A stretch of 64,000 bases of DNA from an uncultured Planctomycetota bacterium (GCA_963845755.1 CAWJTV010000019.1:256001-320000), one strand, 5' to 3'. Positions 19,673 through 32,335 are shown, numbered from the stretch's first letter. Numbers and translations are program-made. Notes: generated from the sequence alone by a model not told the origin.

Positions 19673-20960
19673 TGTCGGCATCGAGCATCTACCTGTCACT
19701 GACTCCCCGCGATCCGCTGATCCTCGGGATGGGCGACCGTTCTCCGCCGGGTACCGGATGAAGTCGCTGGACTGGTTCTATCCGTCCGTGTTGGCGGGCT
19801 CGTTGCGGACCTTACTCGGCCAGAAACAGGGGGGGTTTCCGCCACAAGGTTCCGACGAGTATAGCCGGCTCGTCCACTCGCTCAAACAGGTCGAGTGTGC
19901 CGGGCCTTTTCCTTGCGTCACGAGGGATGGAAAGCCTCCAGAACTCTATTCTCCACGTCCGGGGGATTTTGTGGTACGGAAGAAATGTGGGAGGCTGCAG
20001 GGCCTCCCGGTCCGACCGTGGGATCTGGACCAGGAGTGTGGTGGATGCGATCTACCGAAAGGCCTCTCGCCTGTGATTCTGAATCCCGAGGTCGTGAAGG
20101 GCGAGTTCAAACCTTCGCCGGTGCCGGCATTCTGGTCGCGGTCGCAAATCACTTCGTGGCTGACAGACGCCACCGGGACTTCCTTTCGGATGAGAACTCA
20201 ATGGGGGGATGGAGATCTGGACGCTCCGTGCAAAGAGGAACGGACTCATGTCAAAATGAGTTATGATCTGGCGCCGGGCAAGATGGCAACCTCTTTCAGA
20301 CGACGGGCCTCGTCCTCGAGGAACTTCCTCGTCCTGATCAAGAGGAAGAATGCCTAAAGACTGCTCAATCCATCATCTTGGTGTCTCGGCTCGTCTGCGG
20401 CCCTGAAAGCCCGTTCCAGACGATCGGTGCCTCCCTCAATGACTCCTCTCCCTTCGGTGGAGAACGGCGTCTCATGCACTGGCAGGCGGGAGGCGCCCCC
20501 GCCGTCGTGGGATTGCCCTAAGGCGGTGAGGGATGCCCTCAATACTCTCGAGCAGGAAGATCAACCGTGTTCGTTCGTATGGTCCTTGCCACGCCGGCAT
20601 TGTTCCGGCGCGGGTGGTGTCCGGGCTCGATGGATAGAAAACACTCACCGGCGAGGTGCCGGGAACGGGTGTGAGCGTCCGACTCATCGGGGCTGCAACG
20701 GAACGGTGGAGGCCGGTCTCGGGTTGGTCATACGAAACGGCTCTTGCGCCCAAGCCCGTCCGTCGCGTCGTTCCCGCCGGAGGTGTCTTTTTCTTTGAGG
20801 TCACGCCGGGCAGCCCTCGTCCGCCGTCTCGCTGGCGGATCACTGGCTGAGATCGGTCTGCGACGATGAACAGGATCAACGCGATGGCTTCGGCCTCGCT
20901 CTTTGGGGAGTCTGGAAACCGTTTAAAGACACGCACACTTTTATAGGATCAGCCCGATGA
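19672..20960 (+). CDS. cmr3: Type III-B RAMP Cmr3 (frameshifted)
   Basis: 'LTPRDPLI..DGRPF', 'YPSVLAGSLRT', 'PVSGWSY....PKPVRRVVPAGGVFFF', 'DGFGLALWG'. Confidence 0.88.
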
Positions 20961-21934
20961 GCACGGCAATGTCACCGACGGTGGGACAAGTGGCGCGACA
21001 CCGTGCAAGGTCCCTACTGGATTCACGCGCTGACGCCGCTCCATGTCGGCTCCGGTCGCGGGATTGGGTTCATCGACCTGCCGATCATGCGCAGAAAGCC
21101 ACCGAGTATCCCTTCGTCCCGGGATCGGCCGTGAAGGGCGTCCTGGCGGATCATCATGGCGCCGATGATGAGGCCCGCGACCAATCGAACAAGCAGAATG
21201 GCAGGTTCAAGCCGGACCTGAAACTGGCGTTCGGGTCGGGGGGAGATGAGTTCGCCAACTCCGGAGCAATCGTTTTCACCGACGCGCGACTCGTGTGTCT
21301 CCCGGTTCGCAGCCTGTATGGAACATTCGCCTGGTGCACGTCGAACCTCATCCTGAAGCGGCTCCAACGCGACCTCGTCCGTTGTCACCATTCCTGGAGA
21401 CCGCTGCCACCTCAGGCGACAAAGATCGACCGAATTGTCGTCACGAACCTATCGACCTCGGCGTTGAAGGATCAGGATCAGCGGGCCTTCTTCGAGGACC
21501 TCGATTTCACCATGGAGACCAGTGAAGCCGCGGAGGAGTGGGCGAAGTCGCTGGCCGAGTCGGTGTTTGCTGATCCCGACTGGCAGAAGCTTTTCCTCGA
21601 TCGATTCGCCGTCGTTCACGACGACGTCTTTACGTTCCTCTGCGAGACGGCCACGCAAGTGGACGCGCGCGTGAAGATCGACGACGACACCAAGACCGTC
21701 GCGAAAGGCCAACTCTGGTACGAGGAGTCGCTGCCGGCGGAATCGATCCTGTCTGGTATCGCCTGGTGCGGGCCGGTATTCGGTAACAATGGGAACCGAA
21801 ACGACCCAGAGAAACGGCGCCAACTCATGAAGGACTTCTGCGGCGGTTCTCACTATCTGCAACTTGGCGGCAAGGCGACGGTTGGTCGAGGCCAGGTGCG
21901 GTTGACTTTCTCGGACGGAGCCTCGGCGGGCTGA
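20957..21934 (+). CDS. cmr4: Type III-B RAMP Cmr4 (compensating frameshifts near the N-terminus)
   Basis: 'PFVPGSAVKGVL', 'FTDARLVCLPVRSL', 'LWYEESLPAESIL', 'LQLGGKATVGRG'; alternative frame gives 'LTPLHVGSGRGIGFIDLPI'. Confidence 0.93.
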   Translation: MSTAMSPTVGQVARHRARSLLDSRADAAPCRLRSRDWVHRPADHAQKATEYPFVPGSAVKGVLADHHGADDEARDQSNKQNGRFKPDLKLAFGSGGDEFANSGAIVFTDARLVCLPVRSLYGTFAWCTSNLILKRLQRDLVRCHHSWRPLPPQATKIDRIVVTNLSTSALKDQDQRAFFEDLDFTMETSEAAEEWAKSLAESVFADPDWQKLFLDRFAVVHDDVFTFLCETATQVDARVKIDDDTKTVAKGQLWYEESLPAESILSGIAWCGPVFGNNGNRNDPEKRRQLMKDFCGGSHYLQLGGKATVGRGQVRLTFSDGASAG

Positions 21935-21994
21935 GGACTCTTCCTTCCTCCAAGGCCCGCGAGGGCCAACCTCTTCTTGAATGACAAGAAATCT

Positions 21995-22418
21995 ATGAGT
22001 ACCACATCCGAAAGCAAGCCCATCCGAACCCGCCAGCAGACGATGGCCCAGGCTGCGTTCGAACACGTCGATCGTCGGCACGGCGCACGGATCGACATCC
22101 CCAGGGAATCCGCTCCTTCGCGCCTCTCGTTCCCATCATTGATCCAGGCTGCCGGGCTGTGTCAAGCCGTTGCATTCGCCCAGGCAAAGGGAGGAAGGAA
22201 CAAGGAGGTCTTGGACGACGTAGTTGCGACGATCAAGGAATCGAAGAGTTATGAGGGAGATTTGAGGAAGACATGCACAGAAAGGCGTCGGCGAGTACCT
22301 TCGTTTGACGCGTCTGGCTCTCCAGGCCGCGACGTGGGTCAAACGATACGTTCGAGGCGCTTGACAGAGAGACGAATGGGCCACCCAGAACCAACTTGGC
22401 GAGCACCCTGAACACCAG

Positions 22419-22431
<13 letters not shown>
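21995..22431 (+). CDS. cmr5: Type III-B small subunit Cmr5 (frameshifted, end approximate)
   Basis: 'RTRQQTMAQAAF', 'FPSLIQAAGLCQAVAF', alternative frame 'ATWVKRY'; lies between cmr4 and cmr6. Confidence 0.82.
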
Positions 22432-23690
<1,259 letters not shown>

Positions 23691-23790
23691 CTCGCTATCC
23701 CGGTCTGTCTACGAGATGCAAACGGGTGAGAGCCCGAGTCCATCCCTCTGTCATGACGAGGACCGTCGGCGTACGGAGCAGCCCGAATTC

Positions 23791-24871
23791 ATGTGGCGGC
23801 ATCTCTGTTTGACCGTACTCCAGGCCGAGTACCGGACCGATCGCTCTTGCGAGCTGCCGGAATACCTAGGCTCGACGTTGCGCGGGGCGTTCGGCCAGGA
23901 GCTGCGCGGTGAGCTGCGTCGAGGAGGGTTCGCTGTGCGCGGTTTGTCGGCGGCCGGATCGTTGTGCCTCCGGGGCGATGTTCGATGACCAGGTGATGTC
24001 CCTCCCACTCGATAGGGAGGGAAGGGGTGAATCCCCCCTCATCCGGCCCTACGGGCCACCTTCTCCCCCGAGGGGAGAAGGACTTTCCCTGGGCTTCGAC
24101 CGGCCGCGGGCGTATGTCCTCGTCCCGCCGCCGCGGCGCCGGGGCAGTTATGCGGCCGGCGAGACGATCCGGTTCGGAGTCACCCTCGTCGGCCGGGGTC
24201 GGGTCTGGTCCCCGTGGGTCGTCGCCGCGATGGCCGGGATCGGTCGACGGGGCATCGGCGTCGAACGGCAGCATTGGTCGCTGGTCCGGATCGGCGCGGT
24301 CGGTGCCGACGGCGGTCTCGTCGAGATCGATCCCGGGACCGCCGGCGACGGAGCGGTCGTCCCCGAGCTCTCGGGCGCCGGGATCATCGCCGACGGCCCG
24401 CCTCCCACTCCCCAGGCCATCGTCGCCCTGGTCACTCCGGCCGACCTTCAGCAGAAGGGCCGGCGGCTCGATCGGCTCGATGGGCCCGCGTTCTTCCGTC
24501 GGCTCATCCGACGCATCGGCACCCTGGTCGAAACCTATTGCCCCCCGTCGCCGGAAGCCGGGGCCTGCGATTATCGCGCCCTGGCCGATCTCGCCGACCA
24601 GGTCGCGGTGGAAGACCAGCAGGTCGCCGTCCAGACTTGGGAACGCTACAGCAACCGTCAGGAGGCCAAGCATCCCCTCTCCGGTCTGGTGGGACAGGCC
24701 CTGTTCACGCACATCCCGGAACCCCTCTGGCCTTATCTGATCCTCGGCCAATGGGTCCACGTGGGTAAGGGGGCCAGCTTCGGCCAGGGGCGCTACCTCG
24801 TCTTGCCGCAGGACGAGTCCGAGACCAGGTCGATCCCGAGCTCCGTGCGTTCTCGCAGGCCCGGCTGGTAG
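23791..24871 (+). CDS. cas6: Stand-alone Cas6 (one frameshift near the N-terminus)
   Basis: 'LPEYLGSTLRGAFG', Cys cluster 'C....C..C....C', C-terminal 'LGQWVHVGKGASFGQGRY'. Confidence 0.9.
23999..24081. repeat. REP-like palindromic element inside cas6
   Basis: TCCCTCCC..GGGAGGGA, GGCCC-TAC-GGGCC and CCTTCTCCCC-CGA-GGGGAGAAGG hairpins. Confidence 0.65.
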
Positions 24872-25278
24872 TCTGACGCCAAGCCCCCCCAAATCGACCT
24901 TGGTTGGGCCGGACGGCACAAGCGATTCGTTCTCAGGGGCGGCCGTTGAAAAAACGTCCGGGCACGCGCATAACCGCGCCAACGATAAAGCGCCCGTGGG
25001 TCAGGTCCTGTTTTACGTGATGCATGATCACTACGTGAAGTCCGTGCTCCATCGGCAGCTTGTCGGCGATCAGGGTCGATTGTTGTCTCCAACCCCAGAC
25101 CCATCCCAGGATTTCCGGAGCCAAGTTGCCAAATCTGCAAAAGTATCCATTAATCAAGGATGTCGGGACTTCCCGGCGGCGTTCGAGGTGCGCAGGGTGT
25201 TGAGGAAGGCGGGTGATTGCATGGGGGGACGAATTGGAATTGGGTCGCGGACGACTCGGCCAAACTCGGAAACGAAAA

Positions 25279-25425
25279 CGATGAAACGAAGCCAACCGCG
25301 CCGGCTGACGATCACGGAACCGATGAAACGAAGCCAACCGCACCGGCTGACGATCACGAAAATGATGAAACGAAGCCAATCGCACCGTTCAACTGGCGCA
25401 AAATCGGCGAAACGAAGCCACAATT
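25279..25425 (+). repeat. 42-bp tandem repeat, ~3.5 copies, core GAAACGAAGCCA
   Basis: Units start at 25279, 25321, 25363 and 25405. Confidence 0.85.
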
Positions 25426-25827
25426 ATGAGGTTTGGGAAAAGTTTGCCGGTTATACTGGGATTATGGATGGGTGCATACTCTCTAGATTCTTTCGGCTTG
25501 CCCCGTGGGTCGTATCAGGCGGGAAACGACGGCACGACTGTGCGGAAAGTATCGATTATCCCGAGCCAAACTTTTTCGGCGACACGAGTAATGCACGATG
25601 GAACGTTTGTGCTGAAAACAACGATTTCGCAGATCAGGGGATATATCCCGGACGCCTTGCGGCACTCGGAGCCGCTCCCCATAGCGCGGCGACGTACCCG
25701 GACCGCCGGGACGAAGGCGGAGTTGGGTCCGGCTCGTCGAGGACAGTCCGACCTTCCATCTCGCCCCATTTCATGACAGGCTATTGAGGTCATCGGACAA
25801 CCGATCTCTTCGACGGAGTATTCCAAC

Positions 25828-26823
25828 ATGACCACACCAATCCGCGTCGCGATCACGGGGGCAGGGGGCCAGATCGGCTACGCTCTGCTGTTCCGGATCG
25901 CCTCGGGCGCGGCCTTCGGCCCCGACCAGCCGGTGGCGCTCCAGATGCTCGAGATCACCCCGGCGCTACCGGCCTTGAACGGGACGATCATGGAGCTGGA
26001 GGATTGCGCCTTTCCGCTCCTGGCCGATGTCACGGCCAGCGATAAGGCCGAGGAGGCGTTCGCAGGCGCCGACTGGGTGATCCTCGTTGGCGGCCTGCCC
26101 CGGAAGGACGGCATGTCGCGCGCCGACCTGATCCGGGCCAATAGCGGCATCTTCACCGGACAGGGCCAGGCAATCAACGCCGCCGCCGGTCCGAATGTGC
26201 GGGTCCTCACCGTGGCCAACCCGTGCAATACCAACTGTCTGATCGCGCGGTCCCACGCGCCGAAGGTCCCCGCCGAGCGCTGGTTCGCGATGACCCGACT
26301 CGACCAGAACCGCGCCAAGTCCCTGCTGGCCAGGAAGGCGGGCGTGCCCGTCGGCGCGGTGACCTGCATGACCATCTGGGGCAACCACAGCGATACGCAG
26401 TACCCCGATTACAAGAACGCCCGGATTCAGGGCAAGCCCGCGACCGAGGTGATCTCCGATACGGCCTGGTTCGCAGAAACCTACATCCCGACCGTGGCCA
26501 AGCGCGGATCGGCCGTGATCAAGGCCCGAGGCGCGTCGTCGGCCGCCTCCGCGGCCAACGCCATCATCGACAGCGTCCGCTCGATCGTGTCGCCGACCCC
26601 CGCCGGGGATTGGTTCAGCGCGGCGGTCGTCTCGGAGGGAAGCTACGGCATCCCCGCCGGCCTCGTCTACAGCTACCCGCTCGTCTCCAAGGGGAACGCG
26701 GCCTGGTCGGTCGTACCCGGTCTGCCGATCGACGGCGAAGCCCGACAGCGGCTCGATGCCTCCGCCGCCGAACTGGTCTCGGAGCGCGATGCCGTCAAGG
26801 AACTCCTGGGGTCGGCCGGATAG
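25828..26823 (+). CDS. mdh: Malate dehydrogenase
   Basis: '[22 protein letters not shown]', 'NPCNTN', 'MTRLDQNRA', 'IWGNHS'. Confidence 0.97.
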   Translation: MTTPIRVAITGAGGQIGYALLFRIASGAAFGPDQPVALQMLEITPALPALNGTIMELEDCAFPLLADVTASDKAEEAFAGADWVILVGGLPRKDGMSRADLIRANSGIFTGQGQAINAAAGPNVRVLTVANPCNTNCLIARSHAPKVPAERWFAMTRLDQNRAKSLLARKAGVPVGAVTCMTIWGNHSDTQYPDYKNARIQGKPATEVISDTAWFAETYIPTVAKRGSAVIKARGASSAASAANAIIDSVRSIVSPTPAGDWFSAAVVSEGSYGIPAGLVYSYPLVSKGNAAWSVVPGLPIDGEARQRLDASAAELVSERDAVKELLGSAG

Positions 26824-26878
26824 TCATTGGATCATCGCTCATTGACAATTCGGTCGTAATTGCGGAATGGCCATGGAT

Positions 26879-28702
26879 TCAGCGGAGCGGCCAGGCGCCG
26901 GGGCCAGTCCCGGCGCGGGCGTTGGGGTCCAGGCCGATGATCCGGCTGCGCGGCCGGCTGCGATCGACGATGACCGGTCCGGATTCGGTCGTCTCGGCAG
27001 ACCCGTGGTGGCCGACGGTATCCACCGCCTCGACCCGGATGTGAAATCGGGTCGGCACGGTCGTCGGCACGGCCCAGATGAAGCGGCCCGTGTTCTCCTG
27101 CCCCTCGGCCAGCGGCTGCCAGCCCGAACCGGCGAGGTCTGGGCGCCAGGAGAGGGAGACCGATTTCGGGGCCAGATGCAGGTCGTTCGCCCGCCAGGTG
27201 ATCGCCACCTTGCCGGAGTTCACGCCCGTGCCGACCTGCACCGGGTCGAGTTGAACGGCCGGTGCCGTGGTGTCGATCTCGACCCAGGTCTGTGGTGGAT
27301 CGCCGGGTGCAGGGGGCTGATCGCCCAGGCCCGACGCCGATCGCGCCACCAGGCAGATGCCGTAGGTCCCCTCACCTCCGAGGTCAACTTCGATGGGTGA
27401 AGCGCGGTCGGGGTCGTCGCTGCGGCGGATCCAGGTCCGCCCGCCGTCCTGGGTGATCCAGAGTTCGAGCGTGGCGGGGCCATTGGGTCCTGCGTCGTCA
27501 ACCGCATACTGGAGCTTGAACTTTGGGCTATCCACCAACAGCGAACGGGAGCCGCCGCCGGCCCCGCCATGGGCTGTTGGCGGGGCGGAGGCAGCCAGCG
27601 CGCCGGGGTTGCCCGGCGTGCCGTTGGCCACCGGCACTGCCCCGAATCCGCCCGGGGGTGTCACACCGCCGGCCGCGGGGAAGAGGTTCGGCGAATCCGG
27701 CGATGGGATCTCGGCCGCGGGTGCCGGCGAAGGACTGGCTGGCGGCGGGCCGGGGTCGCGGACCCAATCCGGAGTGGTGGGACGAGGCCGGCCGGGCCCC
27801 GTGCTCGCCCGCCCGCGGGGCCGCATCGCACGCTCCGATATCGCTTCCGGTCGCGGGGCGGACTCGCCGTCCACCGGGGTGAAGTTCGGTCCGGCCGTGA
27901 TCCGGGGTTGGCCCGGACTGGAGATCTGCTCCACCATCGGAAGGCTCGGGTCCTCCAGCTCGTCGGGGGCGGAGTCCGGCGGGCTCGCCGTCCCTTCGGG
28001 TAGGTCAACCACCTCGGTGGTCACGTTCCCCGCCCGGTCGCCGACGGACATCCGGACTTTCAACGCTTCGGCCGTGCCGGCGTCCCACAACTGCCGGCCG
28101 GCCAGTTTCACCGGGCGATGCAGCGGCACGCGTCGCCACACGCCCACTCCCTCAATCTGGTACTCGAGCACCAGCAACTTGGGGTCGAGGTTCTGGTCCT
28201 TGACCTGCCAGCGCACGGCGGCCATGCTCGCGCACCGACCGTCCGGCTCCAGGAACAGCGAAGGAGGCGTCGTGTCCACGACAACTTTCAGGTTCGGCTC
28301 GACGGTCGCGTCCAAGGACGGGGAGACATTGCCGTCAACGGTGAGCGTCTGGACCGCGAACCAGTACTCGCCGTCATGCTTGGCCCGGAAGGAAAAGGCG
28401 GGGTGGTCCGGGAACGTCTTGCTCACCGGCTTCCATTGATATTCCGAGCCCTCCGAGACCAGGAGAGTGACCTCCTTGATCCGGTTCTTCGCCGCGGCGG
28501 GCAGCGTGATCGGGATCCGGAAGTTGCGCCCCTTGTAGTAGATCAGCGGCACCTCGGCCGGTTGCGACGACGGCGGCTCGGCCGCAGCCCGGCTGGGCCG
28601 GACCACCACGCTCGCCACGCCCAGCATGCTGAATCCCAGGACCCAGGCCATCATGCCGGGTGTGATCCGCATACGGGACATGTTCCGCCGCATACGCCTC
28701 AC
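26879..28702 (-). CDS. Secreted Pro-rich protein with Ig/FN3-like domains
   Basis: Signal-like N-terminus, 'DGEYWFAV', 'VVVDTTPP', 'IRVEAVDTVGH'. Confidence 0.7.
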   Translation of the reverse strand: MRRMRRNMSRMRITPGMMAWVLGFSMLGVASVVVRPSRAAAEPPSSQPAEVPLIYYKGRNFRIPITLPAAAKNRIKEVTLLVSEGSEYQWKPVSKTFPDHPAFSFRAKHDGEYWFAVQTLTVDGNVSPSLDATVEPNLKVVVDTTPPSLFLEPDGRCASMAAVRWQVKDQNLDPKLLVLEYQIEGVGVWRRVPLHRPVKLAGRQLWDAGTAEALKVRMSVGDRAGNVTTEVVDLPEGTASPPDSAPDELEDPSLPMVEQISSPGQPRITAGPNFTPVDGESAPRPEAISERAMRPRGRASTGPGRPRPTTPDWVRDPGPPPASPSPAPAAEIPSPDSPNLFPAAGGVTPPGGFGAVPVANGTPGNPGALAASAPPTAHGGAGGGSRSLLVDSPKFKLQYAVDDAGPNGPATLELWITQDGGRTWIRRSDDPDRASPIEVDLGGEGTYGICLVARSASGLGDQPPAPGDPPQTWVEIDTTAPAVQLDPVQVGTGVNSGKVAITWRANDLHLAPKSVSLSWRPDLAGSGWQPLAEGQENTGRFIWAVPTTVPTRFHIRVEAVDTVGHHGSAETTESGPVIVDRSRPRSRIIGLDPNARAGTGPGAWPLR

Positions 28703-29070
28703 GTGACTCGTCCCCCCACCGACAGGTTAACGTGCACCCTGCCGGCGCACCGCTCACGCGGCTTCCCGGATCGCTCGCCTTGCGATTTTCGACCGCCGGC
28801 CTTTTCTGGCCGTCTTGACGCGAAATCAGGGCGCGGGCCGGGAGTTATGCCGTGTTTATCGACTTTGATTCCTACCAGCCTTGAAGCGAATCGGCCGAAG
28901 CGTGCGATTGAAGGGGTTGCGCTGGGTCGAACATTGACCCTCTCAAGGAGCTGGATAATCCAAATAGTCTAGAGAATATTTCGGAAAATCATTAAAAATG
29001 GGCAATCTGGAAAAAGGTGGGTCTCCTCATTGCCAGAACTGCGAAACACCCTGTATCGAATGACCAGTCG

Positions 29071-29721
29071 CTATTGACTACTCCGGAACCGGCGAATGAT
29101 GGCTGTATACTGTTCGGCAAGGTTGCGAATGCGCGCGAAGTCTCCGGCGGCGATGGCCTTGGGATCGACCAGGGCGCTGCCGACCCCCAGGCAGCATCCG
29201 CCGGCCTTGAGGAAGTTCTCGGCGGTCGTCAAATCGACGCCGCCGGTCGGCATAAGTCGGATTTGCGGGAGCGGGCCGCGGATGGCTTTGAGGTAGGCGG
29301 GGCCGCCGACATCGGCCGGGAAGACTTTGACGATATCGGCGCCCGCTTCCCAGGCGGTGAGTATCTCGGTCGGTGTGAAGGCGCCGGGCATGACGGCCTT
29401 GTCATAACGGCGGCAGAGCCGGATCACGTCGAGATTCAGGGTCGGCGCAACAAGGTACTCGGCACCGGCCAGGAGTGCGGCGCGGGCCGTCTCCGGATCC
29501 AGCACGGTACCGGCCCCGAGCACGATCGCATCGCCCACTTCGCGGCGGACCTGGCGGATCACCTCGATCGCATCGGGCACGGTGAACGTCACCTCGGCCG
29601 CGCCGACGCCGCCTTCGGCCAGAGCCTGAACGACCTTGACCAGCGATGCGCTCGACTCGGAGCGCACTACGGCCACGATGCCCCCGTCCACGATTCGCTT
29701 CAGCGTCGATTCACGATTCAT
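29071..29721 (-). CDS. eda: KDPG/KHG aldolase
   Basis: 'EVTFTVP', 'LGAGTVLD', 'PGAFTPTEI', 'VKVFPA', 'MPTGGV'. Confidence 0.95.
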   Translation of the reverse strand: MNRESTLKRIVDGGIVAVVRSESSASLVKVVQALAEGGVGAAEVTFTVPDAIEVIRQVRREVGDAIVLGAGTVLDPETARAALLAGAEYLVAPTLNLDVIRLCRRYDKAVMPGAFTPTEILTAWEAGADIVKVFPADVGGPAYLKAIRGPLPQIRLMPTGGVDLTTAENFLKAGGCCLGVGSALVDPKAIAAGDFARIRNLAEQYTAIIRRFRSSQ

Positions 29722-30006
29722 CGCGATCGCCCTCGAACCCCGGCCGTAGTTGATCTCCTGTCTCGAACTGTAATGGCCCGAGGATTGCATCGTCAAGGAT
29801 CATCATCAGTTCAACGACTCACACCATCTGCCATGTGAACCGGAGTTTGCCTTGCCAATCCTGCCTCCTCCTCTGGTTTTCTCCGACTCCACGGCTTATT
29901 CTCGTAGGAGCGGGAAACCGAACTAAAGAAATCACCACTCCTCAAAATCGTGCGAGTCTGCTATCAATCTCGGATGAGTTGCGTAATGATTCGGAGCCAT
30001 CACGCG

Positions 30007-31536
30007 ATGCCTGATGACTTGAAGGCCGGGCCAACGCACCGCTCGTCGCGCGAGTTCCTCGCGGCCCTCGAGCGGTCGGGAGTCCTGCCCGATGCGCAAT
30101 GGCGGGCAGTGCGGGACCGATTCGTTCCCCGGGCGGAACGTGAGGATTCCTTGGCCCTGGCTCATCAGCTCATCGAGGAAGGGACGCTCACCGAGTTCCA
30201 GGCCCGTCGGCTCTTGACGGGGAAGAAAAGCCTGTCCTTCGGCCGCTATGCCTTGCTCGACCATCTGGGTCAGGGGGCGCGGGGCCGGGTCTTCAAGGCG
30301 CGGCACCGCCTGATGGATCGCGTGGTCGCACTCAAGGTATTCTTGCCCGAGAGTACGTTGAGCAAGACGGCCATCTCCCGGTTCGTCCGCGAGATGAAGA
30401 TCGTCGGGCTCCTCGACCATCCCAACGTGGTCCGCGCCATAGATGCCGACGTGCACGAGGGCTGTCCCTACATTGTCATGGAGTACCTGGAAGGGGACGA
30501 CCTGGAGCATGTCTTTGCACGACGCGGGCCATTACCGCCGGAAGAGGTCGTCGCGTACATGGCGCAGGCCGCCCAGGGCCTGGCTCACGCGCACGAGAGG
30601 GGCGTGATCCACCGCGATGTCAAGCCGACGAATGTGTTCCTCGTCAAGACCGGGATCGTGAAGGTGCTCGACCTGGGATTCGGGGAACTGGTTGGGATGG
30701 CGGGGCAAGCGGGCAACGTCTTCGATACCGACGAAGGCATCGTGGTCGGGACGACCGATTTCATGTCGCCCGAGCAGGTCAAACGGAATGCGATCGATGT
30801 CCGGACGGACCTCTTCAGTCTCGGATGCACGATGTACCGCCTGCTCACCGGCTGCTATGCCTTCCCCGGCGTGACCCGAGAGGATCGCCTCATCAAGCGG
30901 ATCCGGGAGGGCCATGTCCCGATCACGGATGTCCGGCCGGGCCTCTCCTATCGCCTGGTTGCGGTCGTCAACCGACTGCTCGCGATCCGCCCCGACGATC
31001 GCTTCCACTCGGCCGCCGAAGCGGCGGAAGTCCTCGAGGCGTTGTTGCCGCCGTCGGACCGATCGGAGCGCGGGACGGGCGCGAAGCCCGTGGCGAGACG
31101 GCCCGGTAGCGGCGGGGCGCCTCTTCTCGCGGAGCCCGAAGCACCTCTGGACTGGTCGATGATCGAATCGGCACTCCGTCCGACCGGTCACGGTGCCCGG
31201 GAAACCCGGCGCCTCGTCGACAGGGAGGAGCCACAACCGACCTCCACCAAGGGACTCTCGGCCCATCGCAAGGCCCTCGAAGCGGAGGGCATCGAATCCG
31301 GTCGAGAAGTGCATGAGCAATACCGCAACCAGTTGATCCAGATGAACCGGGTGACGGCCGAGCTCCACTCCATGGGGCCCAAGGATGAAGAGCCCACCGA
31401 GACCGCAACCTGGTTAGAGCGAATCGGGGAGAAGATCGGCGACTTCCTGGCGGAGCCGAGCGCAGGGCAGATCGTCATCATCATCCTGCTGGTCTTCCTC
31501 ATCCTCGCGCTGGCCATGGCCGCCGCGCTCGGATAG
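30007..31536 (+). CDS. Ser/Thr protein kinase with C-terminal TM helix
   Basis: 'LGQGARGRV', 'VALK', 'HRDVKPTN', 'DLGFG', 'GTTDFMSPEQ'. Confidence 0.93.
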   Translation: MPDDLKAGPTHRSSREFLAALERSGVLPDAQWRAVRDRFVPRAEREDSLALAHQLIEEGTLTEFQARRLLTGKKSLSFGRYALLDHLGQGARGRVFKARHRLMDRVVALKVFLPESTLSKTAISRFVREMKIVGLLDHPNVVRAIDADVHEGCPYIVMEYLEGDDLEHVFARRGPLPPEEVVAYMAQAAQGLAHAHERGVIHRDVKPTNVFLVKTGIVKVLDLGFGELVGMAGQAGNVFDTDEGIVVGTTDFMSPEQVKRNAIDVRTDLFSLGCTMYRLLTGCYAFPGVTREDRLIKRIREGHVPITDVRPGLSYRLVAVVNRLLAIRPDDRFHSAAEAAEVLEALLPPSDRSERGTGAKPVARRPGSGGAPLLAEPEAPLDWSMIESALRPTGHGARETRRLVDREEPQPTSTKGLSAHRKALEAEGIESGREVHEQYRNQLIQMNRVTAELHSMGPKDEEPTETATWLERIGEKIGDFLAEPSAGQIVIIILLVFLILALAMAAALG

Positions 31537-31570
31537 TCGCGTTTGGCGAGAATCGTCGCGGTACCCGATC

Positions 31571-32335
31571 TCACGGCCGACGGCTTAGGAACGTGACGGG
31601 CAGCAGCGGGCAACCCGGCTTGGGCTCGACCAGCGAATAAGCCTCAGCGAATTCCACGCCGCATTCGGTTCCGCGTCGACGGTGCATTCGCTCATGGGCC
31701 TGCCAAATCGCCACTGGCTCCTGGCTCTTGTGCTGATCGAGCGCCTTGTGCTTGACCTCCCGGACCGGCCCGATGTCGAGATACAGATCCGGCCGGAAAG
31801 CCAGCGTCTGCTGGTCGGTCATGACCTCGAAGAAATACAAGTTCCAACCGCCTTTGCGCTGATAGCACTGCCAGACGAGCGAGCTGACGGCGTGATGGTT
31901 CGGGTGGGTATCCAGCGGCCAGTGGGTCACCACAATGTCGGGCTTGACTTCGTCGAGCCATGAGGAGATCGCCCGCAGCGTCGCCTCATCGGCGACGAGC
32001 TTCTCATGGGCGTAGGGAAAGAATCTGGGAGTCGCGCCCAGGACCTTGCAGGCGGCGCTCGCCTCCGCCTGACGGACCTCGGCCTCCGGCCGGTCGAAGA
32101 AGCGCCGATCGCCCCGGAACGTCGTGCCGTAGGCCAGGATGACCTCGTGTCCCTGCCGGGTCAGCATGGCGGCCAGGCCGCCAGCCCCCGACTCGGGGTC
32201 GTCCGGATGTCCTCCGAAGATGACGACCTTCAGACTCTTCGGCGCCTGCCCGGCCTCACTTGGGGCGGATCCCCGCGGCGTCGGCATGGGCATCCAGATC
32301 GAGGCGGACACGAATAAGACGATCGGAAGTCGCAT
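31571..32335 (-). CDS. PIG-L/LmbE family deacetylase
   Basis: 'GHPDDPESGAGG', 'VVTHWPLDTHPNH', 'AEAY'. Confidence 0.9.
   Translation of the reverse strand: MRLPIVLFVSASIWMPMPTPRGSAPSEAGQAPKSLKVVIFGGHPDDPESGAGGLAAMLTRQGHEVILAYGTTFRGDRRFFDRPEAEVRQAEASAACKVLGATPRFFPYAHEKLVADEATLRAISSWLDEVKPDIVVTHWPLDTHPNHHAVSSLVWQCYQRKGGWNLYFFEVMTDQQTLAFRPDLYLDIGPVREVKHKALDQHKSQEPVAIWQAHERMHRRRGTECGVEFAEAYSLVEPKPGCPLLPVTFLSRRP

Noticed and set aside
19035..20357. Apparent Cmr2-Cmr3 fusion ORF
   Set aside because: Indel artefact; Cmr3 has its own ATG at 19672 in another frame
25279..25425. Second CRISPR array after cas6
   Set aside because: Linkers are near-identical tandem copies and the core is only ~12 bp
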